A DNA stretch of 64,000 nucleotides from Octopus vulgaris. Taxonomy: Eukaryota. Shown piece by piece: positions 1-14,062 of this stretch. Each line of letters opens with the position of its first letter. Position 1 is the first letter of the stretch. Under the pieces are notes generated by a model. It saw only the letters and a list, made by a program, of their open reading frames with translations. It was not told the DNA's origin and did no database searches. Location of the stretch: assembly GCA_951406725.2 (NCBI GenBank), contig CATOCA020000001.1, forward strand, positions 11,284,001 through 11,348,000, read 5' to 3'. A program made the position numbers and the translations under genes.

Positions 1-180
1 ACTATGTCCGCGAAAGACCCGTCCTCACAACTTATTCGGTACCCTATCGTTAAAATCTGGGGATTGCGAGGAATTTATTAATCAAGCATTGTCACCACCA
101 CCACCACCACCACCAGCATTACTACTGCTACTACAACTACTACTACACACACCTATATATATAAGTGTATATATATATAT

Positions 181-415
181 ACCTATTTCTTTATTACCCA
201 CAAGGGGCTAAACATAGAGGGGACAAACAAGGACAGACAAACGGATTAAGTCGATTACATCGACCCAAGCGTGTAACTGGTACTTAATTTATCGACCCCG
301 AAAGGATGAAAGGCAAACTGAACCTCGGCGGAATTTGAACTCAGAACGTAGCGGCATACGAAATACGGCTACGCATTTGGCCCAGCGTGCTAAAGTTTCT
401 GCCATCTCACCGTTA
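181..415 (-). mobile_element. tRNA-derived SINE (family A)
   Basis: Reverse complement of the element repeated at 25822-27360: head with B-box-like GAGTTCAAATTCC, body GGGGTCGATAAATTAAGTACCAG, tail GTCCCCTCT...GCCCCTTGTGGG. Absent from the paralogous site near 10220. Confidence 0.8.
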
Positions 416-708
416 TATGTGCATTTATATATACATGTGTGTGAAAGTTCATACACATACGTACATACATACATTCATATATAGAGAGATATCTGTGTGT
501 GCGTGCGTGTGTGTATGTGCGTGCATTCAAAGAACATATACACATAAAGGCATATACAGTATAGGCAGTTGAACAACCATACACACAGAAGTTTATAGCA
601 AAGTAACACAAACACGCACACATACACACATTTGGGTGTATATACATACATATATATATATATGTGTGTGTGTATGCGTGTGTGTGTGTATATGTATATA
701 TAGATAGT

Positions 709-741
<33 letters not shown>

Positions 742-772
742 GTACATATATATATATATATATATGTGTATA

Positions 773-3700
773 TATCATCATCATCATCATCATCACCACC
801 GCTGCCACCATCGTCTTCTATCACCAAAAATACCAACAAAAAACCAAATAAGAAACCACTGCTCTCTTCCCCCACATCACCACCTCAATACTACTGCAGT
901 AACAAAAACCAAAAAAAACATATGAAGCAGAATGCACCCCCCACGGCACAAACAAGAAACCCCAAAATATGCCGTTATTCTCTGCGTCAGAGACTCTGCA
1001 CAAATAGTGACTGCATCTTCACACATCTACCGGCCAAGGCCAAAGCACGCATCCCACAATAACATCAACACCACCAAATAGTAAATCGAAATTCAAAACA
1101 CACACAACTCGGAGTCCCAAAATCTGCCGGTATTCCCAACGTGAGAGAATATGTCTGCTGAGTGACTGTCCCTTCACTCATCTTCCAGGGACCCGACGCA
1201 CAAACAGAAACGGGGCTTCAAGCCAACACACAAACCTGAATAAAAATAAAAATAAAAACACACCATGCTGCAGTAATGCTGGTCCAGTCTTTTCAGGAAG
1301 ACACAAAAACAACAACAACAAAAGTGGAAACTACAACCCTATCCAACAGTGCAACCACACCTCCAGCCAAAAACTGCTCCCTAAGCAGGAAAATTCTTTT
1401 TAGCCATGTTGCACATGGCAAAAGAGATACACAAAAATATTCTAGCCATCACTCCACACCATCCTATGCTATTACCCCAGTGCACCAATTCCCCACATTG
1501 CTGCCACTAACACACACAAAAAATCCAAGCCCCTTGCAACAGTCAAAACCAGCCACTACACTAACCTCCACATTCCTACTCAATGCACAAGGTGTCAGCC
1601 CTTCCATCAATGCACAAAAATGGAAGGTCCAATTCATTGAAGACTGGGTTGGTAACCATTCACACCACATCCCTTTCTTCATTCTCACTGAGACCCACCT
1701 TGACAACTCCCACTTGGAAGCCGAAGTGAGAGTGAAGAATTTCACAACCATCCGCGCGGATCGTATCGGCAGAAGGAAGGGTGGAACTGCCATTTTCCTG
1801 CATGACTCGTTTACGGCAGATGGAAATAGTATATTCTCCAACGGCTACTGTGAATCAGTCACCGTGCACAACAAAGCCAATGACCTGACAGTAATTGGGC
1901 TCTATAGGCCGCCCCAAACACCCATACTGTGCTTTAAAGAATGCCTCAACAGCATTAAGTGCTTTATCCAACAGTGCCATTCTAGCAACCTACTCATGAT
2001 GGGAGACTTCAATCTACCCTGTGTTGACTGGACTACAAACTGTTTGAAACCAAGCACTCCCGCCTTAACCGCTGACAAAGAAGCAGTAGAGTCACTTATC
2101 GACTTTACGAATGAGTTTTTCTTGTCCCAACTTGTCCTTTCACCAACAAGACATCAGAACATTTTGGACCTAGTGTTTAGTAACCACACTAACACTTACA
2201 GTAGAAAAAACCCTTCTCTCAGACCATGACATGGTTCTCTGTAACATGAAATTCCACCAGCCGAAAGCTAATCCTAGTGACCTCCCTCCAGCCCACCCAT
2301 TTGATAACATGGATCTCCATAATGCCAACTGGGATGCAATCAGAAACGAGCTATCACATGTTGACTGGTCCTTTACACATACACACATCTCCACCAACCA
2401 TAAAACATCTTGGCAGATCTTTGTAGACACCGTCACCAACATATGTGCAAAACACTCCCCACCAAGACCTGTGAACAAAAAGTGCAGAATCCCCCAAAAC
2501 AGAAAAACTATTATCAGAAAAATAAAAAGAACAAACAAAAAAATTAACAAACTAAAGTACTGCCAACAGCAACACACACATTCGACGGCTATCGCACTGC
2601 TTGAATCCAAAACATATAACCTCCAACAATGCATGAAGACCCTTATCAATAACCAAAGATCAGCTGAGGAGAAGTGGGCCATTTAAAAAATCAAACTTAA
2701 CCCCAAAGTGTTCTTTTCATTTGCGAGGAAACACAGGGTCACTGTCTCCATTGTTGGCCCTCTAATTGATGAAACTGGCACTCTCCAAGATAATGCCAAA
2801 TCCATGGCCGAGATACTGCAGAAACAATACTGCTCTGTTTTTAGCAATCCTGATATGGCCGATCTGGGCTGTATCAGTGAAGTCAACCCCCAACACACTA
2901 TATCGGACATAACGTTTGGTGCCCCTGATGTCTTAGCGGCGATAAACGAAATAAAACACAATTCAGCAGTAGGCCCCGATAGGTTCCCTGCTTGTGTCCT
3001 GAAGGTGTGTCGACACCAACTTGCATCTACCCTTGCTAATCTGTGGAGAAACTCACTGGATGCTGGCTATATTCCAAAAAACCTTCTGTCCCAGTCTGTT
3101 GTCCCAGTTTTCAAAAAGGGAAACAAGTCCCTTGCAGTGAACTACCGTCCGATCTCACTCACCTCTCATATCATCAAGGTATTTGAGAGGGTGGTGAGAT
3201 CTCGAATAACCCAATTTCTGGAAAGCAACAGACGGCTGATCTCTAACCAACATGGGTTCCGTAATGGAAGGGACTGCCTAACGCAGCTCCTGCATCACTT
3301 TGATGACATTTTGAGAGCTTTGTGAGATGTCATCTACCTTGATTTCAGTAAGGCCTTCGACAGGGTCGATCACAAGATCCTATTGAAAAAACTATCCAAC
3401 ATTGGTGTCTCTGGAAAGTTACTGAAATGGATCAAGCGTTTCCTGACAGACAGATCTCAACATGTAGTTGAAGGGGTAAAATCAAGCCCAGCCAAAGTCA
3501 GTAGTGGCGTTCCGCAAGCCACTGTGCTGGGCCCACTTCTTTTCATCATCTACATTAATGACATAAATGACATCATCAAGCACAGCAACATAAAAATCTT
3601 TGCAGATGATTCCAAGCTACAGAAGGTCATAAATGAGGCGAGTGACCGGACATGCCTTCAGTCAGATCTACTGGCTGTTACCCAATGGGCAGAAAAAAAC

Positions 3701-4576
3701 AATATGCTGCTGAACGAGGATAAATTTGAGCTAATCCACTTTGGAAAAGAGGATGCCCTGAAACTCCCATACTCCCTTCCTTCAGGTGAAACTCTCGTGG
3801 CATCCAACAACATCAGAGACTTGGGAGTAATTGTGGACAACAACATAAGCTGGGCCACTCATATAAACACCAAAGTTGACATGGCCCGCAGAATGTGTTC
3901 CTGGATTCTCAGAACTTTCCAGTCGAGAGATATCCACACCATTATCCTTCTCTTCTCCACTTTTGCCCGACCCCACCTTGAATACTGTTGTCCACTGTGG
4001 TCTCCCCACACAAAACAAAGTATTATAAAAGTTGAAGCACCCCAAAGGGCAATCACAAAAAAGATAGATGGCATGACAGGCCTCGACTATTGGGGTCGAC
4101 TAGAAAAGCTAAAACTTTATTCTCTCCAACGTCGTCGTGAGCGCTACATCATCTGCATGATGTGGAAAATATTCCATCAGCATTGCCCAAATGATGTTGG
4201 CATCACCTTTAAGGTACATCCAAGCCTTGGGCCCCGTGCCATCCGCCCAAAACAAAAATCGCACTCTCATCTCATAACAACAATACGGCACAATTATTTC
4301 ACCTCAATTGGCCCCGCTCTCTTTAACATTACACCAAAACACATTAAAACAGAAACTGACCCTATAGGGTTCAAGAAGTCTTTGGACAGATTCCTTCAAG
4401 AAATCCCGGATAAACCCCCTACACCCGGATATGTCTCTGTAAACAATAACTCTCTACTTGAGTGGGCCATAGTGCCCAAATTCTGACTTGAAAGACTTCA
4501 CCAGGTGGTGCTATTAAGTTAGACATGGCCTGGGCCAATAATGGCCGAAACCTATCAAAGTATCAAAGTATCAAAG
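773..4576 (+). mobile_element. APE-RT LINE (CR1/L2-group), copy 1; 5'-truncated within ORF1 and disrupted
   Basis: APE motifs (LNAQG, LTETHL, GDFNLP, LDLVF) and RT motifs (YRPISLTS, GVPQ, FADD). Near-identical to 48268-52909. Lesions relative to that copy: deletion near 2194, stop near 2684, deletion near 3322. Ends in (TATCAAAG)3; (TA)n on both flanks. Confidence 0.93.
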
Positions 4577-4606
4577 TATATACATACATGAATACATACA
4601 TGTATT

Positions 4607-4665
<59 letters not shown>

Positions 4666-4693
4666 GAGAAAGAAGCAACAAGAATGGATTAGT

Positions 4694-4784
4694 TTTTAGT
4701 ACAATTGTTTCATACAAAGACAGGCTTTATTAAAAGTTGCAAAAATTGCAGCAGATAAAAGTCTCCCGTACTCATCAGCTAAAA
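4694..4784 (-). ncRNA. Type I hammerhead ribozyme (element 1, inverted copy)
   Basis: Reverse complement of 9116-9206. Confidence 0.8.
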
Positions 4785-5303
4785 TACTTATGAGTTCTCC
4801 AAACATCTTAATGGGTGAGGCTATACTCATGAAGTATTGGAGATAATTTCATTAAAAGCAGATTTAGGTTGTAAACAGATTTCCGAAGTTCTTTAATGAT
4901 GATGCACAGTCTTATCACAGGTTTTTAAAAAAAGCTTATTAGCTTCACAGAGAAGGTGAATTAATCCGTAGTGTAGATGTAAATTTCCAGAGATATGAGG
5001 AGGAATTTCATACTCACAGACGATGAATTTATCCATGGTTAATCCGCAATGAGGTGGGTATCATTCCATGCTATATGATAAGGTATTTGCCACATTACTA
5101 TTTTTTCAAGACTGCTAAGTTATGACTTCTAAAGGCTGAAGGAATTTTTTTGTGGAGCAAAGAAAAGAAAAGAAAGGAAAGAGAAGAAAAGAGACAAGGA
5201 AAGGGAAAAAGAAAAAGGAAAAGGAAAAAGAAAAAAGAAAAAGAAAAAAGAAAAAAGGAAAAGAAAAAGAAAAAAGAAAAAAAGGGGAGAAGAAAAATTA
5301 AAT

Positions 5304-7659
5304 TTGACGGATAGAACAGAGCCGCTCAAACCGTGCGAGCCCAGAATCAACCTTAAAGACCACAAAAAGAATTTCTTGGAAAACCCTTCGGTAAGGCTGA
5401 TTTGTCCAACTAAGTCGGACATTGGCCGACTTAGTAAATCTATCCTGGATACTGTTCTACCCCAAATAACCCTTTTCCTCCCTTAAGCCTATGGCTAAAT
5501 ACAGATGAAGTTCTAAAATGGTTTAACTCTCTAAATAATACTAGTAGTCTGTCCTTTATTCAGTTCGATATAAATAGTTATTACTCTAGTATTTCCCCTA
5601 TCTTGCTAAACAAATCACTAATTTTTGCTATGAATCGCTCCCTCATATCTAGAGAGGAAATCAATATTGTGCTACTAGCTAGGAAAACATTTATAGAATT
5701 TGAAGATAAGTTATGGACTAGAGCAGATACACCTAATTATTTTGATATACCCATGGGTTCCAGTGATTCGGCTGAGGTGACTAACCTAGTAGGCGCGTAT
5801 CTATTAAAATGCATAAGTAAGGATATCCCGGAACTACAAGATGGTTTATATAGGGATGATGCTCTGTTTGTTATCCCTAGTAATAATAAATCTAGTATAG
5901 AAAGGATTAGAAAGAAAATTAATAAGTTCTTTAGGGATTTCAACCTCAGCATAACGTATGAACCTGGCACTAAAATAGTTAACTTCCTAGATATTACGTT
6001 AGACCTTAACTCCAAGCTGCATTACCCATTTAGAAAAGAAGGCGAAATCACGAGATACGTAAATAAATTATCCAATCATCCCCCAAATATAATTGAATCT
6101 TTAGTCAGAAATATTTCATTAAGAATTTCAAAATTATCATCCAATAAGGATATATTTAACTCTCATTCTGAGCATTATAATACGGCGTTAACTAAGGCAG
6201 GATACAACCAAAAGATTACATTCATTGATAAGGGGAACTTACATATTCCTAATAAAGAAGTTATCAGTAATCACATAAGCAGCAATATAGACCAGGCCCA
6301 AAATAGAAGTAGAAATAGATTCACGGTAACCGCAAATGTAGCGTACAAGCCCAATAATTCAAATAGAAGTAAAGACCAAAGCATAGGTAACTCGGATAAA
6401 ATCGAATTAGATAAATCAAAGATGCACACAAAAAATAATAGTAATAAGTACAATGACTTTGATAAGATGAATAGTAATAATTCTACGAACCCTGATTCTA
6501 ATTCAAGGAAATTTAATAAAAAAGATATAATATGGCTGAATATTCCTTTCAACTGTGCGATTCAATCGGATATACAGAGCAAATTCAAAGTAATTCTAGA
6601 AAAAAATTCCCAATCTCTCATAGATATCATAGAATTATTTCTAAGAAAACAGTTAGGATTTCTTATTCAACCCTCCCAAATATATCCACTTTAATAGCTA
6701 AGATTAATAATAACAACATTAAACTAGCCAGGAAAGATAAAAATAAAAATAATAATACCAACATGAATACCAATAACAATTATAACAATACTACCAACAA
6801 TAAACGCAACAATAGTAACTATCAAAACATGGATGGAATCAGTAACCACAGAATGACTAATAATAATATTAACAGTAATAAGAGTAATAATAATATCGAT
6901 ACTAATAGAAGTAATAATGTTAATAATAGAAGTAAGGCTAATAGAGAAAATACAAAGAATGAAAATATCAGTGATATCTATAGCAACAATATACAGTTTG
7001 ATAATAATACTAACAATAATAGTAACATTACCAATAATGTAAATAATCATGGTAGGACTTTAGACCTAAAAGATAGAGCAGAAGGATCAATAAATAATAA
7101 CAATGCTTTAGATAGCAGCACCTACTATAAAAATAATAATAATAATAAAGATAATTATACTCATGATAATCAAAATAACAGGAACATAAGACATCTACCC
7201 ATGAATAATCCAACATCTGAAGTTGTTCCTCCTGCGTGTAAGTGTAGAATTAAGTCAAGATGCCCGGCACCTGGTCTATGCGGGGAAAATAACGCAATCT
7301 ATAAATGTACCATATCTACTGAGAATAACAAATTTTTTTACATTGGTTGTACGATAAATTTTAAAGCCAGAGTTAGAAATCACGTCTCATCTTTTAGATT
7401 ACGTCATAAAGCTGGTACCACCACACTTTCAAGTAAGATCTGGGAACTCAAAAATAATAACAGGAATTATAACCTTAATTGGGAAATAGTTAGGAGAGCA
7501 ATGCCGTATAATAATAACAGGGTTGGTTGCCAACTCTGCTCCATGGAGACCTATGAAATTCTAAGGCATAGAAAAAATAGAGGCTTGTTAAATAACCATA
7601 TTGAAGTAGGACAAGTTTGTGTCCACGCTAAATTGAAGACTCTAAAATATTTTAAATGA
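5304..7659 (+). pseudogene. Penelope RT-GIY-YIG polyprotein, 5'-truncated and frameshifted
   Basis: Motifs RLICPTKSDIG, QFDI (5560-5571), IPMGS, LYRDD, FLDI, SNHPP, IIWLNIPF, CKCRIKSRCP, AIY...FFYIG, CQLC...CVH. Frame breaks near 5486 and 6605; Asn-rich inserts. Confidence 0.9.
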
Positions 7660-9115
7660 ATAACTGTATAGAATAATCGTAACAAGATAGATAGATAAAT
7701 ATAGCTGGGTTCTTACTAGTATAGCTTTACTTTTTAAGTAGATAACTGCGAGTTCTCACACTATAGTTATCTTTTTCTTTATAACTGCACCTGATTTTGA
7801 GCACAAGGAAATAAATAGTACTTGTACGTTGCTTAAATGAAGTTTTATTTAATTTTAAATCTTAATTTTGAATTTTGAATTTTGAATTTAATCTAATTTA
7901 GGTAACACAACTTTAATTTAATAAAATAAGTTACTTAGACTTCATAAATTTTTTTACAAAATTAAAATTAAATAAGTAAGGCTACTCCCTTGAAAAGTAG
8001 TATGAGAAATTTCAAAATAATAGACAATTCCATCACACCTTGTAAACTAATCTTCTAAGTTTTGACCTGTAGTCTGTCAATGTATAAATAGTAACGGCAA
8101 CAATTTAAGACAGTAACAGGAATAAATAAACAAATAAATTTAAATGACCTCTTGTTAAGATTGCACTTAGATATTCTTTCTCTTAATGTATTGCCTTTTG
8201 ATGATAGCCGTTGACCCCTCTACCCCTGACCTTATTATCTCTTTAGAATCTCTTTAGATTCTCTTTAGATTCATATCTGCTTTCAACTACGTCAGGTTGG
8301 CAATAAATAGCTGTTTTACTGGTCAAAAATAATATTCTCCTTATAGTTCTTGGATTCTTGCAAATTCAAGCCAGCCAGGCAGTCTACATATTCTTCTGTG
8401 GTATGTCACTTTAGAACTCCCTTCCCTCAAAGTTGTCACAGTATACTCTAGGTGGGCGTTTTTTCTTTTTTTCTTTTTTTCTTTTCTTTTTTCTTTTTTT
8501 CTTTTCTCCCTTCTTTCCCTTTTTTCTTTGTCTTCTTTTTTCTTTTTTCTTTTTCTTTTTCCTCTTTTTCTTTTTCTTTTTCTTCCTTTTTCTTTTTTTT
8601 TTCTTTTTTTCTTCTCCCCTTTTTTCTTTTTTCTTTTTCTTTTCCTTTTTTCTTTTTTCTTTTTCTTTTTTCTTTTTCTTTTTCCTTTTTCTCTTCCCTT
8701 TCCTTGTCTCTTTTCTTCTCTTTCCTTTCTTTTCTTTTCTTTGCTCCACAAAAAAATTCCTTCAGCCTTTAGAAGTCATAATTTAGCAGTCTTGAAAAAA
8801 TAGTAATGTGGCAAATACCTTATCATATAGCATGGAATGATACCCACCTCATTGCGGATTAACCATGGATAAATTCATCGTCTGTGAGTATGAAATTCCT
8901 CCTCATATCTCTGGAAATTTACATCTACACTACGGATTAATTCACCTTCTCTGTGAAGCTAATAAGTTTTTTTAAAAACCTGTGATAAGACTGTGCATCA
9001 TCATTAAGGAACTTCGGAAATCTGTTTACAACCTAAATCTGCTTTTAATGAAATTATCTCCAATACTTCATGAGTATAGCCTCACCCACTAAGATGTTTG
9101 GAGAACTCATATGTA

Positions 9116-9206
9116 TTTTAGCTGATGAGTACGGGAGACTTTTATCTGCTGCAATTTTTGCAACATTTAATAAAGCCTGTCTTTGTATGAAACAATTGTA
9201 CTAAAA
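9116..9206 (+). ncRNA. Type I hammerhead ribozyme (element 1)
   Basis: ttttag-CTGATGA-gtac...(extended stem II)...gtat-GAAA-CAATTG-TA-ctaaaa. Predicted cleavage after 9200. Confidence 0.82.
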
Positions 9207-9346
9207 ACTAATCCATTCTTGTTGCTTCTTTCTCGTTTATAATCACCCCACATTACTGTATGGTTAACACCATATAGTTTTCTGGTGCATCTAAGTTAAG
9301 TACCACATTCAAGTAAATTCATTGGAATTGACTTGAATCTTAATTG

Positions 9347-9403
<57 letters not shown>

Positions 9404-9518
9404 GCGTGTGTGTAGGTAAATATATATATATATATATGCAACTACACTTGTATATATGTACGGTTATGTATGTATGTATGTATGTATGTATGTATGTATC
9501 TATCTATCTATCTATCTA

Positions 9519-9727
<209 letters not shown>

Positions 9728-9737
9728 CATACATATA

Positions 9738-9865
9738 TACGACGGGCTTTAAATTTTCGTCTACCGAATCCACTTATATAGCTTTGGTCGGCCCGAGGCT
9801 ATAGTAGGAGAAAATTGCCCAAGGTTACACACAGTGGGACTGAACCTGGAATTATGTGGTTGGTA
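9738..9865 (-). mobile_element. tRNA-derived SINE (family B), 5' fragment
   Basis: Matches 11375-11530 and 13408-13525. Confidence 0.65.
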
Positions 9866-9942
9866 TACTTATATCTATATAAATATATCTTATATGTATA
9901 TATGTTTACGTAAAAAGATATATGTTTACATAAAAGATATAT

Positions 9943-9981
<39 letters not shown>

Positions 9982-10001
9982 TATAAATATATGTATATAT
10001 T

Positions 10002-10054
<53 letters not shown>

Positions 10055-10139
10055 GTCTACATTAATTACACGTAGAGATAGACGTGGAAGGCAGAAGATG
10101 GTTATACGATGTGCTAGAAACAACAGCAAAATCTCTTAT

Positions 10140-10374
10140 GTATTGTCACCACCACCACCACCATCACTATTTCTACTACAACTACTACTGCACACACCTA
10201 TATAAATACCTATATATATATACATCGTTATGTGTGCATTTATATATACATATGTGTGGAAATTCATACACATACGTACATATATACATTCATATATAGA
10301 GAGATATCAGTGTGTGCGTGTGTGTGTGTGTATGTGTGTGTATGTATATATAGATAGTAAGATAGATAGATAGA

Positions 10375-10418
<44 letters not shown>

Positions 10419-10445
10419 CATCTATACATACATGCATTTATATAT
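10140..10445 (+). repeat. Paralog of 88-770 joined to 4577-4610 (empty-site copy)
   Basis: Same succession (CAC)n-(CTA)n, gtgcatttatatatacat, gaaa(g)ttcatacacatacgtacat, tagatagtaagataga, but without the SINE and the LINE. Confidence 0.75.
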
Positions 10446-10678
10446 ATATATATGTTACTGCGCCCATGCAAGGGCAACATATTCTAGGATTTGGGTTGGA
10501 TAAATAGAGCACAGGACATGTTAAAAACATCATACTTATTCCAGCAGATTGTGCCAAACCGATGGATTATGGGGATGTAAACACACCAGCACCGGCTGTA
10601 AATCGTGATCTAGGAATAATATGTACATAATAACATACACACGCGTACACACACACATAGACATATTTCACGCACATG

Positions 10679-10715
<37 letters not shown>

Positions 10716-11007
10716 GTATACTAACATCTCTCTCTATATATACAGACAAACACGAGAAGCTTCTTCCAGTTTCCTTTGACCAAATGCCACTTGCAATGAG
10801 TTATATACGTTCTTTGCACAGACTTGTATATGTGTCACTGCTGTAATATGTTCGAATTAATTCAAAACAATAGAAGCACAACAGATACAAATGTATATAT
10901 TCATACATACAGATATGTATTCACATACATACAAATACTTGCATACTGATGCACAGATGTTGATGTCTACGCATTTATATATATATATATGTATATATGT
11001 GTGTGTA

Positions 11008-11069
<62 letters not shown>

Positions 11070-11147
11070 ACTACACTTGTATTATGTAAGTATGTATGTG
11101 TGTATGTATGTATGTATGTATCTATCTATCTATCAATATATTTTTTT

Positions 11148-11537
11148 TTACTTGTTTCAGTCATTTGACTGCGGCCATGCTGGAGCACCGCCTTTTAGTC
11201 GAGCAAATCGACCCCGGGACTTATTCTTTGTAAGCCCAGTACTTATTCTATCGGTCTCTTTTGCCGAACCGCTAAGTGACGGGGACGTAAACACACCAGC
11301 ATCGGTTGTCAAGTAATGCTAGGGGGCAAACACAGACACACAAACACATACACACTTATATATATACATATATACGACAGGCTTCTTTTCAGTTTCCGTC
11401 TACCATATCCACTCACAAGGCATTAGTCGGCCTGGGGCTATAGCAGAAGACACTTGCCCAAGATGCCACGCAGTGGACTGAACCCGGAACCATGTGGTTG
11501 GTTAGCAAGCTACTTACCACACAGCCACTCCTGTGCC
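11148..11537 (-). mobile_element. tRNA-derived SINE (family B), near full length
   Basis: Minus strand begins GGCACAGGAGTGGCTGTGTGGTAAG...CCGGGTTCAGTCC (A/B-box like) and ends GGCCGCAGTCAAATGACTGAAACAAGTAAAA. Confidence 0.8.
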
Positions 11538-11601
<64 letters not shown>

Positions 11602-11696
11602 TGATAAAACGGTAAGATAAAAGAAAGAAAGAGACCTCAATATTATGTAAATAGAGGAAATTTATCTATACAATATGTTACATTACTCGGTAGTCA

Positions 11697-11759
11697 AGAT
11701 AAAACTCTGAGTTTCAGATGCCGAAGTGGAAATCCACAACACCATCTCTTCGGTTATCT
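11697..11759 (-). ncRNA. Variant type I hammerhead (element 2, left copy)
   Basis: Reverse complement of 13262-13324; stem II gatg/catc. Confidence 0.55.
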
Positions 11760-13261
11760 GGCTATTTGAAAACGTTATGAAAAAATACCGTTAAAAATGA
11801 AGGGAAATTACTCTGTTATAACTCTGCTTTGCCTGCGTACTTATACATCGCTCGCATTTTTCGTCATAAAAATTATATAAAAATACATAAAAATATATAA
11901 AAACATATAAAAATATATAAAATCTTCTTGGGACATAACACAGAAAGCATGTTCTATCCGTTTTCTTTAGGGGACCAAAAACGTAACAGAAATTTAGTCA
12001 CATGTGGGCATGATCCGAAAAGCTCTGTCCTTGTATTTAGACATGTGGTAGGGTCTAAGCTGCTTTTCCAGATAAGCCATCTCTCCATGTCGCATAAACC
12101 GCACCTTCCGCTGCCGTTAGTATAGGGCTTACATCTGGCCAAAATCTTCCATTGTATGTTATAATCGACACCTTTATCTCTTAAAGACCAAATATGATTG
12201 GATAATTGTGTCGCTTTTCTTTTGTTCCAGTGCCTAAAGCTCAAAGTGTGGTTATTGAACCTGGCCTTGAAATTACCTTCTGTCAGGCCCACGTATTTCT
12301 TCGTCGAAACGGTGTCTTTAGTGGTTATAGAGTTTACGGTAGCTTCATATATGATGGTCTTGGACATGCAAGCTCCATTTAGCGGGCACAATTCTTTATT
12401 CCTGCATGAACAGCTGTTTTCTTCTTGTGTTTTTTGTATGTTATGATTGATTATGTTTTTAAAATTGGTAGTTGAACTAAAACTAATTTTTAAATTGTGT
12501 CTATTGAAGAGCTTCCTATAAGCATGGTTAACTGAAAAATGTCTATCTATCAGTGCTAGGAAATATTTACCTATATTGAAGGCCACCTCGGGTGAGTAAG
12601 GGGGCGTAAACCAGATGACCTTCCTATTTCTATTATTCCTTTTCCTTATTGTTGGGCTGGTGATAGGTGTATATTTTATTTTTTCGCTAAAACCACTATC
12701 TTTTAAAGCTTTATTATAAACTGGGGCAACGCTATTGAAGATGTCCTCATTAGATGAGAGGCTAGAAATCCTCTTACTAATATTTTTAACTAAATTTTTG
12801 AATACTATAGGGGGATGGCATGAACCTACATTAATATAACTTAGTCTATCATTGGGCTTCCTATAAGGCTTATAAATATTATTATTAAGATCTAAGGAAA
12901 CGTCTAAGAAATTGACAACCGTCAGGTTAGTGTCTATAGTTATACTAAGATGGCTTATCTGGAAAAGCAGCTTAGACCCTACCACATGTCTAAATACAAG
13001 GACAGAGCTTTTCGGATCATGCCCACATGTGACTAAATTTCTGTTACGTTTTTGGTCCCCTAAAGAAAACGGATAGAACATGCTTTCTGTGTTATGTCCC
13101 AAGAAGATTTTATATATTTTTTATATATTTTTATGTATTTTTATATAATTTTTATGACGAAAAATGCGAGCGATGTATAAGTACGCAGGCAAAGCAGAGT
13201 TATAACAGAGTAATTTCCCTTCATTTTTAACGGTATTTTTTCATAACGTTTTCAAATAGCC

Positions 13262-13324
13262 AGATAACCGAAGAGATGGTGTTGTGGATTTCCACTTCGG
13301 TATCTGAAACTCAGAGTTTTATCT
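13262..13324 (+). ncRNA. Variant type I hammerhead (element 2, right copy)
   Basis: agataa-CCGAAGA-gatg...tatc-t-GAAA-ctc a gag-TT-ttatct. U4C core change, extra U before GAAA, GUU cleavage triplet. Confidence 0.55.
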
Positions 13325-13346
13325 TGACTACCGAGTAATGTAACAT

Positions 13347-13406
<60 letters not shown>

Positions 13407-13407
13407 T

Positions 13408-13560
13408 ACGACGGGCTTCTTTAAATTTCTGTCTACCAAATCCACTTATGAAGCTTTGGTCGGCCCGAGGCTATAGTAGGAGAAAATTGCCCAAGGTGCC
13501 ACGCAGTGGGACTGAACTTGGAATTCTCTTGTTTGTATTCTTACCACACAATCACTCTCG
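13408..13560 (-). mobile_element. tRNA-derived SINE (family B), 5' fragment
   Basis: Shares the diagnostic gtaggagaaaattgcccaagg variant with 9738-9865. Confidence 0.65.
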
Positions 13561-13562
13561 CG

Positions 13563-13644
<82 letters not shown>

Positions 13645-13928
13645 TGTGCTTATATATATATGTAAAGATATAAGTGTTTATATATGCATATATATGTATA
13701 TAAATATATCTTATATGTATATATGTATACATATGTACATAAAAGAAAGAAAGAAAGAAAGAAAGAAATGGATGGGAAGAGATCAAATTTTGCCGAGGTC
13801 TTTCTTCCTTCCAGGGTAGCTAAACAAGTACCAGTTCTGGGGTCAATATAATCGGTTAACTCTTCCAAAAACATTACTGGTCTTGTACCACGGTTTGAAA
13901 CCGATATTTCAAAAACACTATTTTTTCT

Positions 13929-14020
<92 letters not shown>

Positions 14021-14062
14021 ATAAATTTTCGAGCGAGTTATAAACAGTAGCTGCAACACTTC

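Larger units (their letters stand above)
4665..9350 (+). mobile_element. Penelope-like element 1, fold-back (4665-5297 is the reverse complement of ~8606-9236)
   Basis: RT + GIY-YIG frames at 5304-7659, long 3' region with a (CTTTTT)n tract, hammerhead motif in both inverted terminal repeats, (TA)n on both sides. Confidence 0.92.
11602..13350 (-). mobile_element. Penelope-like element 2, 5'-truncated, fold-back (12947-13350 is the reverse complement of ~11668-12083)
   Basis: Minus ORF has FLDV, SCHPP, VIWFTPPY, CSCRNKELCPLNGAC, IIY...YVG, CGLC...CPH (RT thumb + GIY-YIG; genuine part 11954-12946). Hammerhead-like motif at both ends; (TA)n flanks. Confidence 0.92.

Noticed and set aside
8341-8803. 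Lys/Arg-rich and Phe-rich ORFs (also 5129-5422)
   Set aside because: Translations of the (CTTTTT)n tract inside Penelope element 1.
12947-13102. N-terminus MGHNTESMF... of ORF 11954-13102
   Set aside because: Antisense of the inverted arm fused in frame by chance; the same applies to the start of ORF 20143-20640.
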